This document shows, one piece after another, positions 1 to 13,746 of a DNA stretch of 64,000 nt. A model generated the notes under the pieces. The model saw only the letters and a program-made list of their open reading frames with translations. It was not told the DNA's origin and searched no databases. Both the position numbers and the translations under genes were made by a program. Position 1 is the stretch's first letter. Every line of letters begins with the position of its first letter. Source of the stretch: Octopus sinensis (taxonomy: Eukaryota); the NCBI RefSeq assembly GCF_006345805.1, contig NC_043015.1, positions 15,624,001 through 15,688,000 on the forward strand, given 5' to 3'.

Positions 1-1987
1 CCTCAAAGCGAATGGACTGGTTCTTTTAAGGTCACTCTTGGATAAAGTTCGAATAGAAAGCTCGAATAGCATAGTTCTCGAATGAAAACTCTGCAGCTAT
101 CAAGAACTTATGAGCATTACTTTTGCATAATACTATTGCTAATAGCAATTCACCATACGTTAGCATAAAGGAAAAAATGAGCTCATACTAATCCTGATGT
201 AACGACCTGCCTGAATGCGACCACGCGTCATCTAAGACACGTGCATACCATGTACAATAGACAGTCTAGTTAAAAGACATACCACGGGGGGAGTCACTTG
301 TCTAACTCTTCTCCTCCAACTTTTATTATTGTTACACCAAGTATAATGCTGCGGAAAGTCACAATAGAGGATATCTTTTGCTAGGGGATCTTCTTCATTC
401 ATCTTAAAATATGCTGTTAATTTGGTCGATCTATTTTTTGCTAAAGCTTCATGTGCATGATTCGGATTAAACACAATAATCTGTTGATCCGGCAAATGTA
501 TCGACAAGCATTCAACAGCAGGCTGCCTTTGCTGAACTGGAGACTCATATAATATCCAGCAAGCCTCTGACGCTCCAATATAGCGGCAATTTTTGTAACT
601 CGAAATTTCATTCATCTGATTTTCGTTGCCAACATTAAGACGCACGCCATCTTTTTGTCGGTGTAGAGGAACTGTTGCATAGTCAACACCTTTGAAAATG
701 TACTTGTAAAGATATTTCACAGCCTTAATAGATGCACACCATTCAAGATTAATATGAGTCTCGTACTTCTGTTACAACCAATCATTATAAGGAACTACAT
801 AATGGTTATCAACAACAATTTCTCTATTTCCAATCCGTATTGAAGTTGTGAAGCCACCATCTCAAGGGCTTCGGTGACGATATTGAGGATAAGAATCATT
901 TCCAATTAAGGTTTGTGATCTGTAATCTCTTTGATATCTTTTACTGCAAACACCATTCACCATGCAGGGAGAATTGAAATTATCTTTTTCCGCAGGGTCT
1001 ATGTATCATGTGTTTCTTCACCAAGGAATAAGATGTGACGTTAATGGGTTTTCGGGATTAGGAAGTTCAGCTATAACAATTCTATCAATTTCTTGCCATG
1101 CGTTGTGATGATTTTGTATTATGAATAAGAAATGGCAGTGAGGTAATTGTCATTTTTAAAATTTCACTGTGTTTACATGAGCAATAAGTTTTCCAAGGAC
1201 TCCTGATTTGATATCGTGCAATAGTGTCTGTTGCTTTAATTTAAATACTCTTGCAGTGATATCTGGTTGGTCAACCGCCGTCTGGCCCACAGAAAGCTCG
1301 TTGGCTATTTCATGTCATTTTGGGTTGTATGTAAAAGTCAAAAATAAAGTAGGTTTGCCAAACTTTCTAACTATGGCCATTGCATCCTGGTAGTGTTTTG
1401 CTATATATCGCGGACTTCCTGTAAATGAACTTGGCAATATATAACTACGACTTGTATGATCACTATCACCTGCAAGTATAGCATCTTGTAAGCCATTATA
1501 TAAATCAACTCTTAAGGTTGCTTGATTGTTATGAACATATCGCAGACGAGTGGATTGTACTTTGGCAATTTGATCTACACAGTATTGCTGAAACAAACGC
1601 TGACCTAATTGCAATATATTTGTAGATCCTGTTCTTTTCCTGAACTATTGAAATTTGACGGTTTGTGCTGCATTTTATTCTAAAATCTGTTCACATTGTT
1701 CTTGTGACAGACGTTGTCTTGCATTTCCATGCTGAGCAGCATCTTGGTCTAAAATCTGCTTTCTTCGCTTCTGTGACTGCGCTAAACGGAGCTGACGCCG
1801 TCTTTCTGTGTTCCTTTTACGTTGCTCTTCCCTCTGTTCTTGAGTTTGCCTCAATCTTCGTAATTGCTGACTCAAATATTTTGCACTTCTTCTATAATTG
1901 GACCATTCCTCTTCCATGGACAAATCTTAATTTCTGGTTTCGGACAGACAGACGGACGGACGGACGCAGCTGTTGTTATATAAAAGA
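1..1987 (-). mobile_element. Degenerate, internally deleted Helitron (5' part; runs off window start)
   Basis: Rep fragments on minus strand; putative 5' terminus TCTTTTATATAACAACAGC followed by (GTCC/GTCT)n near 1945-1987; charged N-terminal repeat-like ORF 1675-1923. The exact 5' base is uncertain. Confidence 0.8.
232..1614 (-). pseudogene. Helitron Rep (HUH replication initiator) fragments
   Basis: LFQQYCVD...ILPSSFTGSPRY...QDAMAIVRKFGKPTLFLTFTYNPK (1315-1614); HUH-like LPHCHFL near 1125-1150; KYLYKYIFKGVD...RYIGASEACW...LSIHLPDQQ (232-720); interrupted by stops and frameshifts. Confidence 0.9.
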
Positions 1988-3261
1988 ATTTGGAAACCCA
2001 ATTAAACTTTAGTGTGGTTGTTAACTACACGCGTAACCTGTCTGACATAGTCAACAATTTAAGAATAATACCACACTAACTGCCACACTAAACACATTCA
2101 TTATGCAAATTATTTTCATCAAATTCAATATTTAATTTTCAGAAAGTTGTAATTGATTAGTCAGCTTCCTTCTATTCTAGAAATATTAAAAATAATTCAT
2201 TGCAAAAAATTAAAAATTGGTGATTATCCCAGAAAGTGGGATAATCGATAGTGTTATCTACAATTCGATAGTATTATTTACAAAAGTTTAAACTTCCTCG
2301 TCATTCTCAAAATCTTTTAGAATTTACTCAGCTTGTCCAGAGGGAACGATTGTGTTAGAAACAATTTCTTTCACCCCCAAGAATTATTTAGTCAGAGTTT
2401 TCGAGCTCTGAAATTTAATTCTTTACAAATTCAAGAAAATTATTCAAGACAATAACATGGTGACTGAAAAAATTTTTAACATTTTCTGTTGACAAAAAAT
2501 AAGATTTCAGACCTTTGTACTCTTCTAAAGAACGCTTTATAAGCCATAGAAAGTGAAAGCTAACATGTTTCACGGTGAAATAATGGTATTTTGTATTCAA
2601 TATCAACAAAGCACAGAAATCTTTTAAATTTTCTGTTTTCACAGTTGAGTTACTAAAATAAAAAATAACTAAATAAAAAGTAAATTTTCATTGCGATTAA
2701 TTCAATATCAAGTTCGAGTTTACCAGAAGCACGTTGAACGGTGTTGTGAGAGACGCGAATAAAGCAAGCAACCGACATCTTTAATTTTATCATTCAAAAT
2801 ACTGTTCACTTTATGAAACTGTTTTCCTGACCGTAACAATTGATTCCTCCAAAATTCAAATTACCATTGTCTACCCTAAAAGCTATGCATCGTTTTTTTT
2901 CTTCTTTTTAGATATTTTATTATCGTTCAAGCATTTCTTTATATAGACAGCTGTAGTCTCTGATCATTCATTCAGCATGGTATTCAATGCTAAAATTTTT
3001 ATTTGCTTTACTTTTTTCAATACAAAAATGCAGTAATAAAGTAAAAACATTTTCTGCTTTATGATTGCTCGTCCCAATTGAGATGTATTGATTGAAGAAA
3101 ATGAAGTAACATTGTTCTAGGTAACTTTTAATCAGTTGTGAATTTGGAATAACTTACACGGTGAATAACTTCTACAAATAATCAGTATTTCTAAAGCTTC
3201 GATGGCATTTCATCACATGATAGGTCGTTGTTAACTCAGATATAGTTAGTTCAGGGATTCT

Positions 3262-3669
3262 AGTGGTTCCCAACCGGTATCCATATGACCCCTGGGGGTC
3301 CAAGCTAGCAAAATAGTAAATTGAAGATCCACAGTAATACTTTAAGGGTCTATAAAATATTCTGATTTAAATGTATGTATGGCAGGAAACAGCTAGGTTT
3401 CTTTCTCTAACGTTTTACATAGTCCAACCTACATAAGTTAATGTGTAAAAAGCAAAATAGAAACTTTGAAAGAAGTATGTATAAAATTAGTTGGTTAATG
3501 TTTACAAGTACACCGGCACGAAAAAAGAAAAAAAAAGTCGATTTTTTAAGTGCCGGTGTACTTGTAAACATTAACCAATTAGTTTTTAAACGTCAAATGG
3601 TTATGTGGGTCCACTAGAATAAAATAGTAATCAAAGGGCTCCATAGGTAAAAAATAGTTGAGTATCGCT
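3262..3669. mobile_element. hAT/Charlie-type MITE with central palindrome
   Basis: Left end TAGTGGTTCCCAACC resembles hAT-MITE TIRs; degenerate right end AGTTGAGTATCGCTG; internal 37-bp inverted repeat 3483-3519/3550-3586. Confidence 0.5.
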
Positions 3670-3834
3670 GAGTTAGTTGGTCATGTTCAGAAAAAACTTT
3701 TTTGAAAAACAAAATCTGTAATTTTGAAAATGAAATATTCGTTAGGAAGTTAGACGTTTTGCCTTTGAAGAAATATTATTCTTGCTGTCTGATTCCCCCC
3801 ATTGTTGATTCATTAAATTAGTTCCAGCTTTTGG

Positions 3835-4030
3835 CACAAGGCCAGAAAATTCGGTGGAGGGTGTAAGTCGATAACATAGACCCCAGGGTTCAACTGGTAC
3901 TTATTTTATCGACCTTGCAAGGATGGAAGGCAAAGTCAACCTGGGTGAAATTTGAACTCAGAACACAGAGACAGATGAAATGCCGCTAGACATTTTGCCC
4001 GGCATACTAACGTTTCTGCCTGCACGTTGC
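3835..4030 (-). mobile_element. tRNA-derived SINE (family A)
   Basis: Minus strand has B-box-like GAGTTCAAATTT and body shared with copies at 22128-22265, 31655-31970 and 51440-52050. Confidence 0.7.
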
Positions 4031-5237
4031 CTTAGTTCATTAAATTATTGACGATTACTAATAAATTATTGATTGTTTCTATCACTATATAGTTCAACAG
4101 AAAATGCATTGTATTGGCCAGGCAACGGGAACACAGTGGAACTCAGCCACACAGAGTTCAAATCCCGACCTATCGCAGGCACTATTTAAAAAAAAAAGTG
4201 GAGTGGAGTAAATATTTTTAGAACACCCAAGCTGAAGTGTTTAGTTTAATGAAAATTGAAAAATAAATTTTAAACCGAAATTGTTATTGCGAAAAATAGG
4301 ATTTGTAGAAGCAAATTTTTTTAAAATTCATAAAAATACAAAGTAGAAAATATTTACAAAAACTTATTTTTGAAATTAAATTAAAATTCATAAAAAACGA
4401 AACAAATCACCGCCAGGAAACATTTTTCCGGGACAACGGAACTATTATTTAAAAACCGGGACGAATTCCATAAAACCGAGTAATGAATCCAGGCGCATGT
4501 ATGTACTAAAGAAGTATACACACCCATTACATGAGGACAGGCATACACATGCATATATCTAATTACACACACACACTAAGCTGTACACGTTCACACACCC
4601 CAAGAACTGACTTGACTCAATTGTTGTTATTGACCGGCTCAACTTCTCAAGAACTTAGATTTCAAAAGAAAACTTGCATGTATGCACTTCTACATACATA
4701 CCCGCCCCCACCCCACAATGCATGCATACATACATACATACATACATGCTTGCATGCACACATGCATACATACATATATGCGTGCAAACATACATGGGCA
4801 GAGTCGTTAGCAAATGCAATGTCGTCTTTTTTTGTTAACTCTCTTTGTTCTGATTTCAAATCCGGTCGAGGTCACTTTAGCTTCTCATTTTTTCGGAGTC
4901 AATAAAAAGTATTAATCTGAAACCATGGACAGGCAGAACTGTAAGAATATTAGACTAGACACTGCGCGGTATTTGTCTAGCTTTTTTGTATTCAAAGTTC
5001 GAATCCCACTATGGTCAACATGGCTGGTAGTCTTAACCGAGGCTCAGCTTTACACCACCACCTGGCACTCTGGGTGCCTTTAGAGAGTCTACCCAGTTGT
5101 AAACATCCGGATCGAGTTTCCGGTTTGAGGACAACTTCCTCCTTCCCTCCCACCAGTCTAAGAATCCCTTTAACGGGTCACGGGCACTTCCTTCCCTTCT
5201 AAAAGATGAAAAATGTATGTAATTGGAATGTATGTTT

Positions 5238-5271
<34 letters not shown>

Positions 5272-6092
5272 GGGGGAGAGAGAGGGGGAGAGAGAGAGGG
5301 GGAGAGAGAGAGAATAATGAAGGAAAGCGGCTGACACACTTCACATACAAACATACATAATTACACTGATACATAAAAACTTAAAACCAAACACGTATGT
5401 GGACTTGTGAAGTTAATTACACCGTGAAAAAGATATTTTTACTTTATTTAAGAAATATCTAGAAAATATTATCAAACATTTTCATAACAGCAAAGTTATG
5501 ATTTATTAAAATACTTGCCAAGTTTATAGCCATCCTTTTCTCGATATACCTATATGTTGAGTAATCTTTATTTCGGGTACGTACATTTTATTATTTATGT
5601 CATGTTCTCTTTACAGTCACTCAATTGTTTACAATAAAATATCATATGTGAATATATCGAGAATGAAGAATGCTTCTGTTTGGAATCTCCGGATTTCCAA
5701 ACCTGAAACTGCCTGGTTATAAGTTCATACTGCCAAGGAACACAACCGTACACCTTGTAAATATGGTACGATACCAATCAGCATGCTATAGAAAGTGTTT
5801 GAGAACTCAAAGGTACATAAAACATGCCCACAATCACACAAAACAAGGTGAAGATGATAGTGACTTCACACTAGCCTTCAGATGTTTGAGTGAGCCCCCA
5901 GGCCCATACATTCTCTATCCTCTGATTACGGCGAAAGGTTAAAAGCGACTGAAAATTGTTTGAAACGAAGGCCCTGAAGGAAACGTTATGAATATTGTGA
6001 CGTCATAATGCCAAAATAGAAAACTTTTTAATCTTAATTTCACACATACACACACAAACGTGTACACACATATACGAACATAAACGCGCATA

Positions 6093-6159
<67 letters not shown>

Positions 6160-6160
<1 letters not shown>

Positions 6161-6685
6161 TTATTTGAGGGAATATTATTCCTGACTTACAGGGGAAAAT
6201 TCAATTTAGAAATACTAAATCAAATTTCACAAAATATAATATATATATATAAAAATTAGAAAAAAAAACACCTTTTATCAATTGAAAATGAACAATTAAA
6301 TTACACCATCTAGAAAATTACATATAATAGAAATATTAAAATTAAAATAACAATAAATATACCGATGATTAAGTAAATTGCAAAATAATAACAAAAACGT
6401 ATATATTTGGTAGAATAACGACACGTGTTTCGTGGCTATATTTAAGAAATGATTATAGTAAAAAAAATAATAGTAGGAGTAAAATCACTTCGATATAAAT
6501 ATAGCCACTCATCAGGTTAAAAATAAACTAGAATAATAAAATAATCAATATATACGTTATTATTATTATTTTGCAATTTACTTAATCATCGGTATATTAT
6601 TGTTATTTTAATTTTAATATTTCTATTATATGTAATTTTCTAGATGGTGTAATTTAATTGTTCATTTTGAATTGATAAAAGGTGT

Positions 6686-6686
<1 letters not shown>
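6160..6686 (-). mobile_element. Non-coding Penelope-like element: 140-bp inverted arms enclosing a hammerhead, between (TA)n tracts
   Basis: Arms 6267-6407 and 6547-6686 are near-perfect reverse complements; hammerhead in the loop; unique terminal extension 6160-6266. Confidence 0.7.
6416..6519 (-). ncRNA. Type I hammerhead ribozyme motif, canonical core
   Basis: Minus strand: UAAC-CUGAUGA-GUGGCUAUAUUU...AAAUAUAGCCAC-GAAAC-ACGU-GUC|GUUA; 12-bp stem II, palindromic stem III, GUC cleavage triplet, 4-bp stem I. Confidence 0.85.
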
Positions 6687-6723
<37 letters not shown>

Positions 6724-6746
6724 TATATATATATACATACATACAT

Positions 6747-6990
6747 GGGAGGCGAAATGGCCTTGTGGTTAGGGCAGCGGACTCTGCGGTCAGAGGATCG
6801 CGGTTCTATTCCCAGATCGGGGGTGTGACCCCTGTTGTACTCTTTCGCCACAACATTTTCTCACTCTCTATTCCTGTTTCTTAAGTAACGCTGAGATGGA
6901 CTGGCGTCCTGTCCAGCTGGGGGAATACATACGCCACAGAAACCGGAAAAACGGGCCCATGAGCCTGGCTAGGCTTGAAAAGGCCGACGT
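6747..6990 (+). mobile_element. tRNA-derived SINE (family C head)
   Basis: Head GGAGGCGAAATGGCCTTGTGGTTAGGGCAGCGGACTC shared with 16039 copy; central GATGGACTGGCGTCCTGTCCAG resembles conserved SINE central domains. Confidence 0.7.
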
Positions 6991-7069
6991 TTATCGTTAT
7001 ATTCATACATACACACACATATATATTATGCTCATACATATATACACAAATACAAACATTATATGCAAA

Positions 7070-7870
7070 CAACTTGCAGATACAAGTGCTACCAGTTGAA
7101 AGCTCCGCTTACCAGACACTTGCAGGCTTATGGAGTCATCAGGAGAGAATGCGCGCCATTTCAGCACCTTCCTCTAAATGGCATTTTTACGCACTTCTCC
7201 TCCCCCATCACTGAGATAGGGCCCCGGTTGCTAGTTCAACCGGCCACTAGGCTTCGCTCAATATTTTTCTAGCCATTGCTCACCATCCCTTCTTAACCAA
7301 ATCCAATGGCTTGCCTTCTCCACTGTGGCCTAGATATCCCTCATGATGGTATTTGCTTTGCGACGAGTCGGCCTAATGACAACAAACATTGTCTCATACT
7401 GTTTCCAACTTCGAGTGGATAACGTTCTGCTTTCCAGCGTGTGTCCTTACAATCCTCTAGGAGACGCTCATAAGGGTCGACCTTTCGAGTCCTAGTGGCG
7501 TCCATATTACTTTCATGAGGAACCGTTTACTCGACTAGATTTGCTACTCTTTTTTCTTCACACCATATGATAATATATCTGGTTTCTTCGTAACTGAAAC
7601 GACGAAGAATCATTGACATCTCTGTGAATCTGCTGCTACTTCGTAATAACCGTTCTACTTTTCATTGCTTACAAGAAGATTATTCAAGCGGATTTAATGT
7701 CCTGGACGCACGAAGGCAAAGAAATCTCAGGCTGGTTTCTTCTGTGGTTTCTTACTAATATTGATTAGAGAAGTTTGTTTCTTTGCCACATTGAAGAGGG
7801 TCTTAAGAACCAGATGGCGTCTCCAGGTATATCTGTTCAATGCCACTGATTAGTTTGAATGTTCACATGT
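7070..7870 (-). mobile_element. 3' fragment of RLE-type non-LTR retrotransposon (HERO/NeSL-like)
   Basis: Manual translation: KPD/IIIWCEEKRVANLVE*TVPHESNMDATRTRKVDPYERLL...YPLEVG...KASHWIWLRR, a restriction-like endonuclease motif set. Confidence 0.7.
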
Positions 7871-8766
7871 ATGTACGTATATCTATTCATATTCACACCG
7901 TCACTCTGTCTGTTTGTGTCCTCTTCCTTTCCCACTTTCTCTCTTCCAATCTCCTTCTCTCTCATACACGTCTAGACTCTAAATGTGTGTTTATGTGTAT
8001 ATTGCGATTCTAACAAGCAGCATACAATCTGCCTTCACTTTGAAAATAAAGAATTTTGTTGCCAGCAGCTCTAATAGCTCCCAGAGTGTGTCATCTTGTC
8101 AAAGGCCTTTAAGCAGTTCGTTTTCTGGTTTCATAGACAGGAATCGAAATCTTAGTCTAGATTTTTCTCTAAGCTACTTTCTGTTGTTCTCGGTATTAAC
8201 ACATACACGACTATGATAATCAACTTTCATACTTGGATAAGTTCTCTTCTGTATTTTAACAGGTCACGATGGCCAGGTGTGGTGGTTTACTCATGGCTAA
8301 GTATTTCTCCAGCAGTTGTTTCGCCAAAAAGATTGCATCTGTGTCATATCCTCTGAATATAAAACCAAAGTGAATCTCTTCAGGGTTAACATTACTCCTG
8401 ATCAATTGTGCTATGACCTTCTCCATTAATAGCCTGATCCATTAATTTGTTGCCTCTGTAATTTCCTTCTTGTGTATCTCCTTTCCCATTTTAGCAGTTT
8501 ATAGTGATAATACCACATCAGTTATTGGGTATGATACCTTTCCTGTACTATTTGATTAACAATTCGGGTATCTATAAATATCTTATCTTACCTGGTATTT
8601 TTAATACTTTATTCACTGTATTGCGTGTTCGTTTCTTTTTTGCATCTGTTATTTTATTATTGATCTTCTAAATAAATAAAGTTATATCCTTTAAATTGCT
8701 GCTTTTCTTTGTACGAAATGAGAAGATACATTGTGGAACTGTTATTTTAACGAATTATAACTATTC

Positions 8767-8872
8767 ATCACCCGAAGAGACACATCTGCACCGTCGGATG
8801 CTCCTGAACCAGTTGTTAAGTATCCCACCCGTGAGGGATCGATGTTAGATGTGTCGAAATAATTGTAGTGAT
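8767..8872 (+). ncRNA. Hammerhead-like motif with variant core CCGAAGA
   Basis: AUCAC-CCGAAGA-GACACAUCU...AGAUGUGUC-GAAAU-AAUU-GUA|GUGAU, followed by AATAAA at 8874; U4C and C15.2U deviations. Confidence 0.6.
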
Positions 8873-9278
8873 TAATAAAAATTCTCACTTACCATATGAG
8901 CGCGCGCGTGTGTGTGCGTGTGTGTGTGTGTGGTAAATGAGAATTTTATTACTTTAAGAAGAATTTCAAGAAATTCGGGGTACAACAAGAACAAGAATGG
9001 AAAAAGTCACATCTTTAATTGGTAATTGAACCATACATTACCAACGGTCGTTTCTATTGTGTCAGCATATATAAAGGAAAAAGTTATAAAATAGCAGCCA
9101 AATTCATTGAAAATATATGCTAACACAATGTTATCAAAGCAATCGAAAATGGGTTAAATTCAAAAAGAACTAAGAAAATATCTCCAATAGATGAACGCGT
9201 GCAAAAAGAACATTAAGAAGAAATATAATTAAATATAATTAAAGAAACGCCATGATTTAATGAAGTTAAAGGAAACAA

Positions 9279-9415
9279 GGAAGGAAGGAAAGGAAGAAGG
9301 AAGGAAGGAAGGAAGGAAGGAAGGAAGGAAGGAAGGAAGGAAGGAAAGGAAGAAGGAAGGAAGGAAGGAAGGAAAGAAGGAAGGAAAGGAAGAAGGAAGG
9401 AAGGAAGGAAGGGAA
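9279..9415. repeat. (GGAA)n microsatellite
   Basis: Direct inspection. Confidence 0.95.
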
Positions 9416-9759
9416 GAAAAACATATTAGTAAAGAAGTGTTTAAATATTTAAAGAATCCAGAGTAAAGATGTTAGTTAAAATGGCGAACTAGGGATCTTC
9501 CTTTCTTGAGAGTGAGGAAGATAAATGCCGGAATATATAAGGTTAGATAAGCAAGAAAGTAAGATAAAATAGGGTAAGGAGAAAAGGAGACCTCAAACAA
9601 TTTAGGTGAACAATGTAAGGAGATAACAGTAAAAGTGACTCGGAGAAAAATCCCTAATCAAGCGTGTGTGTGTGTGTCTGTGTGTGTGTGTCTGTGTGTG
9701 TGTGTGAGAGAGAGAGAGAGGGGGGAGAGGGGAGAGAGAGAGAGCGCAGTAGCATAGCT

Positions 9760-10640
9760 GTGGAGCGATAGGATGGTCCATTTTTGACTTTGCTGTTAGA
9801 AATGTATCGAGTCAAAAGGCTACAATGTTTAGATGTTCGTTGTCCTCGAAGAGTGTTATTATTGAACAAAACAGGTAGAAATCGGAAAGTACAAATCTGA
9901 TCTGTACGACGGGTGATAGAATCCCCGTTGATTGCCTGATTTGTTACCAAAGATATGTGTGGTTACACAGTCTTTTCAAATGAAGTTTGTTTACAGATTC
10001 TTGTTCGGTCACTTCCTCCAAACGATTCTCAGTGTACCGATCGCTGTTTACGGTACAGTCACGTTCCAGAAAATCAAGGATACTAACGTCCTTGTCATTT
10101 CCCCACCCCACCTCACTCCTCCAAAACACATTACGACTTCCTGTATTCTAGGGATTGGATTTCATTCCCAGAACCTAAAGATACGACTACGTTTTATTCC
10201 TGATCAGTAAAAAATGGGTCATCATTAGCTTCAAACGTCTCCAACTAATTAAAATAGACAATCTTCAAACCAATCTTTCAAATCAGATGTCAAACGTCGA
10301 GGTACTCGCCGTTCACACACTTTCCGATACCCAAATTCTTCCACCATCTTCAGTAATGCATTGTGACCACATTTCAGTTGTACAGTGATCTCGCAAGTTG
10401 TAACTCGTCCTCCCGCTCGAATCAATTAATCCACTCGCTCTGGTTCGTGTATGTTATTGCGTTTGATGGTCTCTGACTGCACGGTTTGTCTTCACTTCTC
10501 TCATTACTTAAACTTCTCTCAGCTGTGTATATAACACTTGTCGAAGGTGTCGTCTCGTCTCGGCAAACAACCTTCTGTGGATATCTGAGACTCTACACTG
10601 CTCCTTCGTCAGAACTCAATGACAGAACGTTGCTTCTGCT
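9760..10640 (-). mobile_element. Degenerate mariner transposon
   Basis: FW...ILDFLERDCTVNSDRY and HPSYRSDL...SDFYLF motifs with frameshifts. Confidence 0.65.
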
Positions 10641-11269
10641 TAGAACACAATATTCGCCTTGAAGAAAAATGGAAAGTCGAGGAAGAGTTATTCAACAAAG
10701 ATGTGCCATTTGAACGATCTGTAACAGCTCTTTACCTTGACTCCAACAATTCAGATTTCGAGCTTTGAACCACACCCTAATTATATTACCATAAAAAGAC
10801 ATTAGCGACCTTGCGAAGAAGAGAACATACACGTAGATATTTATCCACTAATCGGCATCGGCTGGCGTGAAAGACGAAAAGAAAACATGCAAAACCTGCC
10901 GACAAATTACATTTTAAAGGCTCTAAAAGTCATGCCAGGGGATTATAAAAAAAACTGAAGTTCTGGGTCCTCGAGCAGAGCCAACACAGATTCTACAGGG
11001 AACTTTGTCACGTTGCTCCGCGAGATGTACTCTCAATTCTACTTTTCCTTACGTAACGCACACTGTATGCAAAGTTCGAGAAAGGAGATTATCCTTGTGT
11101 TTTAACAGCGACATACATACATATTAACATACATACCTGTATAAATGCAGACACTATTCTATATAATTATTAGCTTTGTTCTATATTTTCTTATATTAGC
11201 AATGGACACATGTAATTAAGTAGATTTAACCAGAATATTCTCTTTATCTTATTTATTGTTAGCTTAGTA

Positions 11270-12488
11270 CACACGAGGTGCATTCCAGAAGTTTGAGACC
11301 TTTTTAGGAGAAGCAGTTATAACTTCCTAGATTATTGTAATATTAGTATATTATTACTGTACATCTAATAAGCTGACTTTCAAACTTTTTGTTATTCTAG
11401 AATGAACGCACACTACTAATTACTGCTTGTTACAGCCGACTAGTTTGTAGAATGCAATCGGGGTATTTGAAAGCTCGCTATACAATAAAGTGTTGAGTTA
11501 AACTGAGAAAAAACGCTAGAGAAACTTATGAAATGTTCCAGGCTGTTTATGGATTAACTTGAAGGAGCTGAGCATGTTTTTCATTGGCACAAGAGGTTCA
11601 AGGACGTTAGAGAGGAAATGAGAGACGATGAGAGGTTTAGGAACGAGAAAAATGTCAAAACATTAAAGCTGGTTGAGAAAATTCGTAATTTCGTGGATGG
11701 AGACCGTCGTGTGTCGATAAAGGCAATAAACATGCAGTTTGGAGTTTGTGTGGCAACTACCCACAATTATTCATGAAGATATGAACGTGCGCAAAATTTG
11801 TGTAGAGTTGGTTTCCAGGGTGTTCAGTGACGAACAGAAGGAAAGATGAGTTGGTGACAGTAAGGAGATGGTTGAGCTCTTTACCTCCAAACCAAAAGCA
11901 CTTGAGCCACTGGTGAATGTGACGAAAGCTGGATCTACTATTATTATCCAGAGACCAAGTGGCAGATTGATCAATGGTAGCATCCTGGCTACTCCAGAAC
12001 CAAGAAGGCCAGACAATGCAAATCCACCGGGAAGCTCACAATGATCCTGTTTTGATACAGCAAGTACATCATATACATCCACTGGGATCCCTTTGGCCAT
12101 TCCATAATGTGAAGGTTTTGAGGGAGGTCAGAAAAGATTTCGTCACAAAAGGTGGGGTCTCGTCCTCCCGGGTCGGTGGCACCTGTACCAGGACAATGCA
12201 CCAGTCCACAATTCTCCACCCTCCCTACAATCAAGACCTTGCCCCCTGTGACTTTGGTTGTTCCCTTAAGCTGAAAGAGATCCTCAGGGGCAGTTGTTTT
12301 GAAAACATCGAGAAGATGAAGGCGGCTGTGACAAGGGTCCTAGACTCTTTCACTTTCATAGAACCTTCACGAAGCTGCTGGAGCACTTGTGAGTGCATTT
12401 AAGTCAGAGGATCCAACTTTATAAGAGATTACAGCTTTGAAATTAATGTCTCTCCTGAAAAAGTCTCAGAACTTCTAATGCAACTAAT
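11270..12488 (+). mobile_element. Degenerate mariner (DD34D-like) transposon
   Basis: WHKRF...DGDRRVSI, QDNAP, HPPYNQDLAPCDF motifs; imperfect TIRs GCATTCCAGAAGTTTGAGAC / GTCTCAGAACTTCTAATGC. Confidence 0.85.
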
Positions 12489-12491
12489 ATA

Positions 12492-13692
12492 TCTAATATA
12501 TAAAATAGAGATGTGTAGTATTCACTTTTCATGCGAAAACGGTTTCACAAATCACATCCATAGTTGTGATGCATGACTAATTTGACCTTGTACATATTTT
12601 AGTGTCTTCATTTGATTTTTAATTTTTAAAAATAAAAAAATATTGCTTTTTCTGTTACATTCACGTCTTTCAAAGATTTTAATATTTTTACTTCCGGTTT
12701 TCTAGCGTCAGTGACGTACCAAATCTCTTTATGTATATTTCTCTATTCGTCTCTCTCTATCTATTTCTATCTCTCTGTAACATATCTCTCTATCTATATC
12801 TCTTATTTTCACTTTCATTCTACAGATCCTATTCTTTTCACTTTCAATTTTCATACTCCATTGTTTAACTTCCATGTTATTGTTTTCACTGTAAGTACAA
12901 GTTTTGAATCGCTATTTACAAACAAACAACGACAAATTACTGACAGAAACAAGTTCACAATTACTGATGTAAGTAATTTCATAATTTACTGACAGAAGTA
13001 TCTTCCTAAATTTCACTTCAATCCGTATGGTCTTGTGTTTTCCTGTTGTTGATGGTTTCTTTCTGGTTCCTTTGATACTGGCTCTTTGGTTCACTGAGTG
13101 GCAAATTTCCCTTCAACCCCTACAATACTTGCTTCTCCCTTAAAATTTCTTATTTACTTTCTGCCTGTCGTATTAAGAACTACAGATTTATGTCTCCCCC
13201 CCTACCCCAACACAATTTCCATAATCATAACTTTCAGAATTATGGATATTTTTTAATAAAATTTTCTACGAATATGTGTTCTATCATGTCAATTTCGAAT
13301 ATATAAAAATGTGGGGGTTTAACTGTTTTAGAAGGGGTGAGGATTTTCTGAAAATTCACTGAAGTCTACTTCAATTCGTCTTAACTTTCAAGAAAACGGA
13401 ATTTTAATGAAAATTCTCTACATTAGATTCACTTTAAAAAGGTTTCTCAGTGTCAACTTCTGGTATTGACATAAAAATGACGAAGTCTGTCCCTGTCTAA
13501 ATTTTAATGTTTTCATTTCAAGTTTTAATTCGCTATTTGTAAACAACTACAATAAATTACTGAAAAAAAGTATTTACTAAGTTCACAAATTTAAATATTC
13601 GGTACAAGACACTTTTTTTAAAGGTGCTTTTATTTATACAATTTTTTCATTCCATGTCCATCTCATTCATTGTTCGCAATAATCTCTCTCTA

Positions 13693-13746
<54 letters not shown>

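Noticed and set aside
5925-5942. piggyBac-like end (TTAA CCTTTCG on the minus strand)
   Set aside because: No matching second terminus or transposase motif found.
7110-7170. Possible type II hammerhead on the minus strand in the LINE 3' UTR
   Set aside because: There is no room for stem I and the triplet is non-cleavable.
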